Origin: the human T2T-CHM13v2.0 reference genome, Homo sapiens | Assembly (NCBI RefSeq): GCF_009914755.1 | Contig: NC_060928.1 | Strand: one strand, 5' to 3' | Length of the DNA: 64,000 bases | In this document: one piece after another, positions 47,775-64,000 of the stretch | Layout: each line of letters begins with the position of its first letter | Numbering within the stretch: the first letter of the stretch is position 1 | The notes under the pieces: generated by a model | Seen by the model: the letters and a program-made list of their open reading frames with translations, nothing else | Database searches by the model: none | What the model was told of the DNA's origin: nothing | Program-made: the position numbers and the translations under genes

Positions 47775-48140
47775 CACACAGTCCTCAACCAGACGATGGT
47801 TTGACTTACGATTTCTTGACTTTGTAATGGTTCAAAGTGATACACATTCAGTAGAAACTGCACTTCAAGTACCTGTACAACCATTCTGTTTTTCACTTTC
47901 AATACAGTATTCTTTGAATTACATGAGATACTCAACACTTTATTATAAAATTGGCTTTGTGTTAAATGCTTTTTCCCAGCTGTAGTCTAACATAAGTGTT
48001 CTGAGCACCTTTAAGGTAGACTAGGCTAAGCTATGATGTTCAGTAGGTTAAGTGTATTAAATGAATTTTCAACTTATCATACTTTCAACTGACAACAGGT
48101 TTATCAGGATATAACCTCACTGTAAGTAGAGAAGAATCTA
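47775..48140 (-). mobile_element. MER47A-like Tigger DNA transposon
   Basis: gatggtttgacttacgattt ... ggtagactaggctaagctatgatgttcagtaggtt ... ctgtaagtagagaagaatcta. Confidence 0.75.
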
Positions 48141-48806
48141 TATCTATATTTGCATAGAGATGTAAATATATGTGCATGTGTAAATATATAAGCTATATAA
48201 TTATACATGTTGTACATGTACACGTGTGTGAGTGCATGTATGTATAGCCAGAGCACGAACAATGAAGGCAAACATGACATGAAATGAGATTGAAGTGTTA
48301 GGCGGGGACCTGATCACAGAGGAGCTCATAAATCAGGTCATGGATTCTAGACACTATCTTTGGGATGACAGGAAGCTTAAGCAGAGAAGGTGTAAAATAG
48401 CATTAAGAGCCCAGGTTCAAATTCCACCTCTACTACTTGTTTCCTGTGTGACTTTGGACAAGTTACTTAACTTCTCCGTTCCTCAGATTTTCATCCGTAA
48501 AACAGAATATTATTAATAGTTTTACCTATTTCATAAGTTTAAGAAGTAAATAAGTGGCTCTATGTAGCTTCTGACTATGTAACAGGAAATCTTAGCTATG
48601 GTAATCAGATTTGCATTTTTAAAAGGATCCATCTGCCTGCAGTGTGGCTAATGGGTGAGAGGGAGCAAGAATTTAAGCAGGGAGATACTTTAGGGAGCTG
48701 AAGTCATAATACAGGTACATGTCTACTCAGAGGACACTCAGATACAGTGATTGCCAAAATCCCAGTGACAGGAATAGAACCAACTCTGGGTTTTTCACTC
48801 AGGCAC

Positions 48807-49229
48807 TGATACGGTTTGGATGTTTATCCCCTCCAAATCTCATGTTGAAATGTTATCCTCAACACTGGGGATGGGGCCTGGTGGGAGGTGTTTGGGTCAC
48901 AGAGGCGAATCCTTCTTGAACGGCATTGATGCCCTCCCCATGGTAATGAGTGAGTTTTCATTCTATCAGTTACCAGGAGATCTGGCTATTTAAAGAGGCT
49001 GGCAGCTCCTCCTTTCTCTCTCTTGCTCCCTCTCTCATTATGTGACTCACTTGCTCCCTCTTGCCTTCCACCATGAGTAAAAGCTTCCTGATGCCCCACC
49101 AGAAGCCAAGCAGATGCTGGCGCTATGCTCATGCAGCCTTGTGGAATCATGAGCCAAATAAGCCTCTTTTCTTTATAAACTTCCCAGTCTCAGGTATTCC
49201 TTTATAGCAACACAGAACAGACTGACAAA
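48807..49229 (+). mobile_element. Solo MaLR LTR (MSTB-like)
   Basis: tgatacggtttggatgtt...ccaaatctcatgttgaaatg ... cagtctcaggtattcctttatagcaaca; 5-bp TSD-like ggcac and ggcgt. Confidence 0.88.
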
Positions 49230-51439
49230 GGCGTATGGTTTGTGGTCAGGTGTCCTGCCACTGAAGGAAGCTGGTCCCCACTGGCAGCCTGGTTCAAGTT
49301 CCTTTATGCAGTGAATTTTTCCAACTTATCACAGACACACAACAACTTCCATCTTGCCACTACTTCTCTGCCCCTCAAAACTCCTGGTCCCTTCTCTCTT
49401 TCTCCATGTTCATTAAGCCTTCATAGATAGAGGTCCTGCCTTGGTTCATGGTCAAGGGTTCAGTTCTTCCTTACTATCATGTTATATTAGGAATGTCCAG
49501 AGGCTAAATCTTTCAAGACACAGGGGCATCAGGTCTAGGCAGTTAGTTGTCTACAGAAGGCTTTCGATGAAGCATCATCCAACCTCATATTGTTGGTCTC
49601 CTTCTTTCTAGTGATCGTGTATGACACCAGGCCAGTCAGTCCTTTCTGGGCTTAACTGAGGACCTGTTTGTTGCCTGTTTTAATCATGCCCTCCTATATA
49701 TCCGTCATATGTCTCATAATCAAGAGAATAATTGCAAGTGACCTGAACTCAGTATTCACAATAGTTCTAGTAAAATGTAGCCATTGAAGATGAGGACCTG
49801 GGATTTTCCTTGAGATATTTGCATCTGGGGCAAGTCGTTCTACCCAGAGGATGGCTTATACCACATGTATAAACCATAACTTACCATTGGTAAATAGTAT
49901 CTGACAACGCTAATCTGAGTTTTAAGACTTCTCTGCTTACTACCTTCTGTGAGATAAGCATTCTAGAAATGGGACATAAATACTAAAACAAATTATAATG
50001 AGTGCTATCTTCACCACTGTATTGACCTTAGAAAGCTATGTCCTTAGTACAACAATCTTCTTGCTGTTCAAAGCTTTCTGAATCAGCTCTGTACACTTGA
50101 ATATTTTTAGTGGTAGCAGATGTTAATCCTTTTATTAATAAGAAAAGATTTTACTTTCTTGAAAGAGCTACAGGTCTTTTAAAAGCTATGTGTTATATAT
50201 GTAAAGGCCAGTAAGGCTGGAGAAATACCATTTTTAATCAAAACAAAATTCAAGTACAAAGCGACAAGATTATTTTGTGTACAATAATTGGAATAAATGT
50301 GTAGCCTTCCATTGTAATACCTTTGAAGAATAGCCTTCATTTCAGTGCTGAATTTGTTTTCAAAACTCAGTCATATTATCTCTATAGTTTTTTCCATTTT
50401 GCATTGAGATATTATTCTATGGTGTGGGAAAATTGGGAAAGAAAATATTTTGGAAGACATTTAAGTTATTATCTAAGCCTATCTGAAGAAATGATAGTGT
50501 GAGGCCATTATGAATTCAAATTTGACTCTCTCTTTTTAGAAAAAATTTAGGATTATTTGTTTTTTTACAGATTGCTTTATTGTTAGGTAATCCTGATATT
50601 TAAATAACAGTGTTTGATTTCAACGGGTAAGATTTGTTAGGGCATTATTTGCTGGTTTTTTGTTTTTAGACCAATTTAGCACATTATAAAAAGCATGATA
50701 AATTAGCTTCCCTAAGAAGTTTTTAAAACAACTGAGATGGTTTTAAGTAAAAAAGGTAATATCAAATTACTTTCCTAAGGTTTTATGCTTAAATGATGAA
50801 ATAAGTAAAGACAAATAAAATGTGCTGTCAACAAGTTAGTATTCCAATAAATAGTAAATTAGATTCTAGACTCTGCAGTGCCTGGACATTAGGCTAAAAG
50901 CTAAACTTAATTTTTTAAAGTATGTAATAAATCTTGTCTTGTTGAGCACTTTATGTTCCAAGTGTTTTTTGCCAGTTATTGATCATGCGGATATATGGCA
51001 TAGCTGTCTGCCCAAAATGGTGTTTTGTATTGCGTGAGTTGGCTGTTTCATTTATTTATTTCGTCAATGTCTTCCCTGTTGCTTGATTTTTATCTTTTTC
51101 ATCATTTTTTTCCCATAAAGACATATGGGAAAGAACAATTTAAGGGAGAAAAGCTGGAGGCAGGAGAATATTTTTTAACAAAGTTACTGAAGTAAGAAGA
51201 CATGGAGCTATGAAGGCCTGGATGAGGGCAATACTGGTAGCCAAACTATAAGGAAATAACAGATGCAAAACTATTACAAAAGACTTCCATCAGTGGCGAA
51301 TAAATGATGTGATACTTTGGCTTTTGAAATAAAGGAAAATAAATAATGAAAGCGCTGTTACGACATTTTTTACCCTGATCATTTGGTTCACATGTAGTTA
51401 GTTCTTTGTATTTGCAATGCAAATAGGTGTGTATGGTAT

Positions 51440-54555
<3,116 letters not shown>

Positions 54556-55376
54556 TTGCTCTAAATAAGACCTTCCTCAACCACATCCAAATGGTGTCAG
54601 CCGAAAGAATCGAGACGAGATTATGTGTATAGTTCTTGGTTTGTGCATGGCACAACTAAAGGGTGCCATACACATTGCAGTGGATTTGTATATTTATTTT
54701 GATGAGTTATTGGCATATGGTCTTATAATGATTTAATGATTTCAGTATGTTGTAACAATTATGATTTCAGTATGTTATCACAATTTTCTGGTAGCTAGAA
54801 GTAAAGTGACTAGAGGAACAAGTGCTTTTTAAAATCATACAAAAATGGAGTATGATCCCTAGTGGCAGTCCCATAAGGATCTCGAACTAAGAAGCTGTGT
54901 GATGCTCTGGTCTCAACCCAGTCTGAAGAGAACCAGAAAATAAGAGTAAGTTGAATTCTAGTTGGCTAACTCTAAACAAGCCTAGTTCTTTAATATTCAA
55001 CTGTTAACAAGTTCGTTAACATTCAACATTTAACAAGTTCTTTAACATACTAATGGCCTCAGCCATTTAGTTTTCCCACATAAATCACCTCCTCCACGGA
55101 CAAGCCACACAAACATCACAGAGCAGAACCTGCCCTGATTCTTGCTCTCCTTCTGTCCCAGAGGCATGGATCAAAAAACTGGCAGAGAAGACATGAGGCC
55201 CTACCACCCTTGGGGACTGACCTTGACATGGTGACCACACCCATGGGTAAAGCCCAGTGAATTCCAGGCCATGACCAACCAGTGAAGCCATCCCTTCTCA
55301 CACTTGCCAACTTTTCTTTTTCCTTTTTCTTTTTTTTTTTTTTTTGTTGAATTTTAAGATCCTTGCCTGTGGTTAA

Positions 55377-55380
<4 letters not shown>

Positions 55381-55456
<76 letters not shown>
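55381..55456. repeat. Compound microsatellite (TA)22(CA)16 at an L1 3' end
   Basis: Read directly from the sequence. Confidence 0.97.
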
Positions 55457-61325
<5,869 letters not shown>

Positions 61326-61812
61326 ACTTGCCAGCTTTTCTTAACTCATTGTTCAACCAAGGCTATTATTGTCCTTCTCAGGACAGGAGGCCAGAGTAGC
61401 ATGTGAAGGGGATTCTGCTTCCACTGAGGGAGACACTTCCTCAGCATTTGCAGCAGCTCTGGGAACATCCTTCCCAAGGGTGGTGAGATGGAAAAGTTCA
61501 TCTTTTGTATTCTAAGACATTAGAAACAAATCCTAGTGTGGCAGGATATTAATTTACCAAAAGGTACTCTGTGGCATGTAAAACACCTGGAAAGATTAAC
61601 AACAGATAAGCCATAAATGTTTTCTTTACTTTTTCATTTTCTGGAAGCATGACCCTTTGCAAATTATGGCCTGTCCATTATTTAACAAATTAGACTATTT
61701 TATAGCCCTATTTATTCATTTATTACTAGATGATTTCTGTGCTCTTCTGAAGCTCAGTAATTTACAACTCTGATCAGTGGAACTTATTATGATGTGAAAT
61801 ACTCTGTATCTC

Positions 61813-61936
61813 CTCTGTCCAACATGAGAGCCAGTATGGGGCTACTGAGCACTTGAGGAACTGAATTTTTTAATTTTTACTAATTTATATTTACTTTTAA
61901 GTAGCCCCAGCTAGAGGCTCTCAAATTGGATAATGA
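61813..61936. mobile_element. MER3-like hAT-Charlie remnant
   Basis: ctgtccaaca...ggctactgagcacttga...gaggaactgaatttttta...ttggataatg. Confidence 0.55.
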
Positions 61937-63119
61937 AGTTACCTTCTTTGATGTCATCTTTCTTCGTATTGTGTGATTAAACTTTGTAAGATAGATTAAA
62001 GCATAGAGCCCCCAAAATCAAAATGCTGATATTTTCATATATGACAAAACCCATGGTATGGGCCATGAGAATATTTTTTAAAGAGCTGTCATTTATTTAT
62101 CAGCCTTCTAAAACACTCAAATGCACTTAGACAAAGACCTGGAACAAGCCAGATCTGTGGGGGCCCATAGCCAAGAAATGGGAATCACACAAAGTCTCCA
62201 GAATCTGCTGGGGCCACAAGGGGAAACTCATACTGTGAGCTTCCATCTCACCAAATGCCGTGCAAGCAGGAGGAAAAGAGTAGGGAGGGTCTTGTTTCCA
62301 CTTGTGGGAAGCAAGGAAAGGAAAAGAAGAAATTTTCAAAGCTACAACTGGGAACATTTACTTTATGCAGACAGCAGCTGAGTGAAGGTAATGAAATCCA
62401 TGATGCTCTCCATAGCACTTTTCAAAGAGTGAACTTGTGAAAGTTTGTTATAGACTGCCAGAATCTTCCTTAGTAGTCTTTGAAGTAGGGAGATAGAGGA
62501 TCCTATTATCCTCACTTTTCTGTAAGGCATACCTTTCATTTTTTTGCCCGTACATGTTTTTCAGATATATATTGATGAAAGCCAAACTGCTTACAGATAA
62601 AACAGACTTAAGCAAAATATCTCTCCTCATATGATAGAGTGTGATAATGACAGGGCTTTTTTCTTTTAAGAAATGTAGGTGTTTGACTTGAAATCAGTGT
62701 ATAGTAATATTCATTATGGTTTCTTTTCTCAAATTAATACTTATGGTAACATTATATACATTTGGTGATTTAATTGTCTCAAGTACTATGGTAACATCAT
62801 GCCAGCTGCTTCAAACCTTAAAATTCTGTTTCCATTTCAAGACAACAAAAGCCCGTGCTCCAAAACCTTCAACAGTTAGCATTTCATTTTCTCTGGGCCC
62901 ATGTCAGCAGTATAATCAGAAACAAAAGAAGAAATTATAAGGTTCATTCCCAACCCATCATGGAATGAAAAATCTCTCTAAATGGATCTTAAAAATCACT
63001 TCCCCTCTGTAAGAGAAAACATGCTGCAAAGAGAAAAGTTAAAAGTCACATTAGCTTGACATTGTAAATAAAAACAAAGCCCACATGTAAACTAATGCTC
63101 TTCATCCATCTGTCCCCAG

Positions 63120-63236
63120 GTCATAGATCTGTACTGGGGAGTGGAAGAAGATGAGTGGGACAGCCCAGAGCTCCAGAAGACCCGCATGAAGCTGCTGGAG
63201 AATTGCTTGAAAACTTCTGCAGGTCCATGTTTTGTT
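63120..63236 (+). CDS. NWD2: Internal coding exon of NWD2 (probable exon 3); 117 nt, phase 0-0
   Basis: Branch-like actaat at 63091-63096, acceptor ctcttcatccatctgtccccag|GTC, donor GTT|gtgggt. Translates VIDLYWGVEEDEWDSPELQKTRMKLLENCLKTSAGPCFV. Absent from the ORF track because it is short. Confidence 0.93.
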
Positions 63237-64000
63237 GTGGGTATAAAAAAACTAATGCTTTATATTAACTTTTAGATGAATGTGAGAATTATTGCTGATT
63301 TGTGATTCATAAGGGGTTTTTTAAATGAGGGGGAAAAAGACTTTTTTATGTCTATTTAAACATTTTAAGCTGTCTCCTGGCTCTCAATGTATGAGAACAA
63401 AAAGCTTCAACTTTCCATAAGAAGTGCTGCCAATTAACGGTGAATAATTTGAACTGGTAATCAAAGGGATTGACTTGGGTTTGACAACAATTTCTACAAC
63501 ACCTTGTGATCAACAATAAGGATTACTCTTTCAGACCTACAATAATTATCCTAGGTTTTCTTATCTTATTGTATAATATATTCCATCATAGTGCTTCTAG
63601 TTCTTAACGCTAGAATTTCTGGCATTTTTTAACAAAATGGCTGAAACATTGTTAAAGTAAATCAAATATACTATGTCTCATCTGCCAGTAGCAAATGGTG
63701 CCCTGTGAAAATGTTTGTTTCTACAGTGATTTTCAGCTACATGTTCATTATAAGCTAAAGATCGACAGAGATATTCCAAGTGGAACATTATTATTAATTC
63801 ATCGTTATTTTCTAAAGAATACTCACTCCTCTGTGTTAGCACGGTGGCAGTAAGATAAATAGGTCATTCTATGGCAGGTGGTTGTGCAAAAATCACTGCC
63901 TTAATTTAGCTTAAGAAAGACTTACCTTGAATTCAAACAGATCCTACCAATCGATAAGGGAAGTTGCCCCTTTGAACATAGGTTGCTCTAAGACTGACAG

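Overview
Primate (very likely human) genomic DNA, AT-rich and CpG-poor, with no prokaryotic features. It is almost entirely intron of one + strand gene. Two short coding exons (32277-32365, 89 nt; 63120-63236, 117 nt) splice in frame to DTGAERQALRENVYPKLREFCRENYGLEFQ|VIDLYWGVEEDEWDSPELQKTRMKLLENCLKTSAGPCFV, which I recognise from memory as the N-terminal region of NWD2 (KIAA1239), probably exons 2 and 3. Most of the rest is nested transposon remnants (L1PA/PB/MA/M, mostly antisense to the gene; Alu; L2; MIR; MaLR and ERV1 LTRs; Tigger and hAT DNA transposons) plus a 30-copy 41-bp minisatellite. Nearly all ORFs in the track are L1/Alu/LTR remnants or chance ORFs. I found no evidence of a new multi-gene system. 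The most notable observations are: a candidate frame-preserving cryptic NWD2 exon; a minisatellite whose units differ only at one G/A site; and several atypical L1 structures (a 37-bp inversion taken from ORF1, an apparent 3' transduction, a 3'-truncated L1 with a TSD-like repeat, templated insertions). Repeat subfamily names come from recalled consensus sequences, and boundaries of old repeats are approximate.
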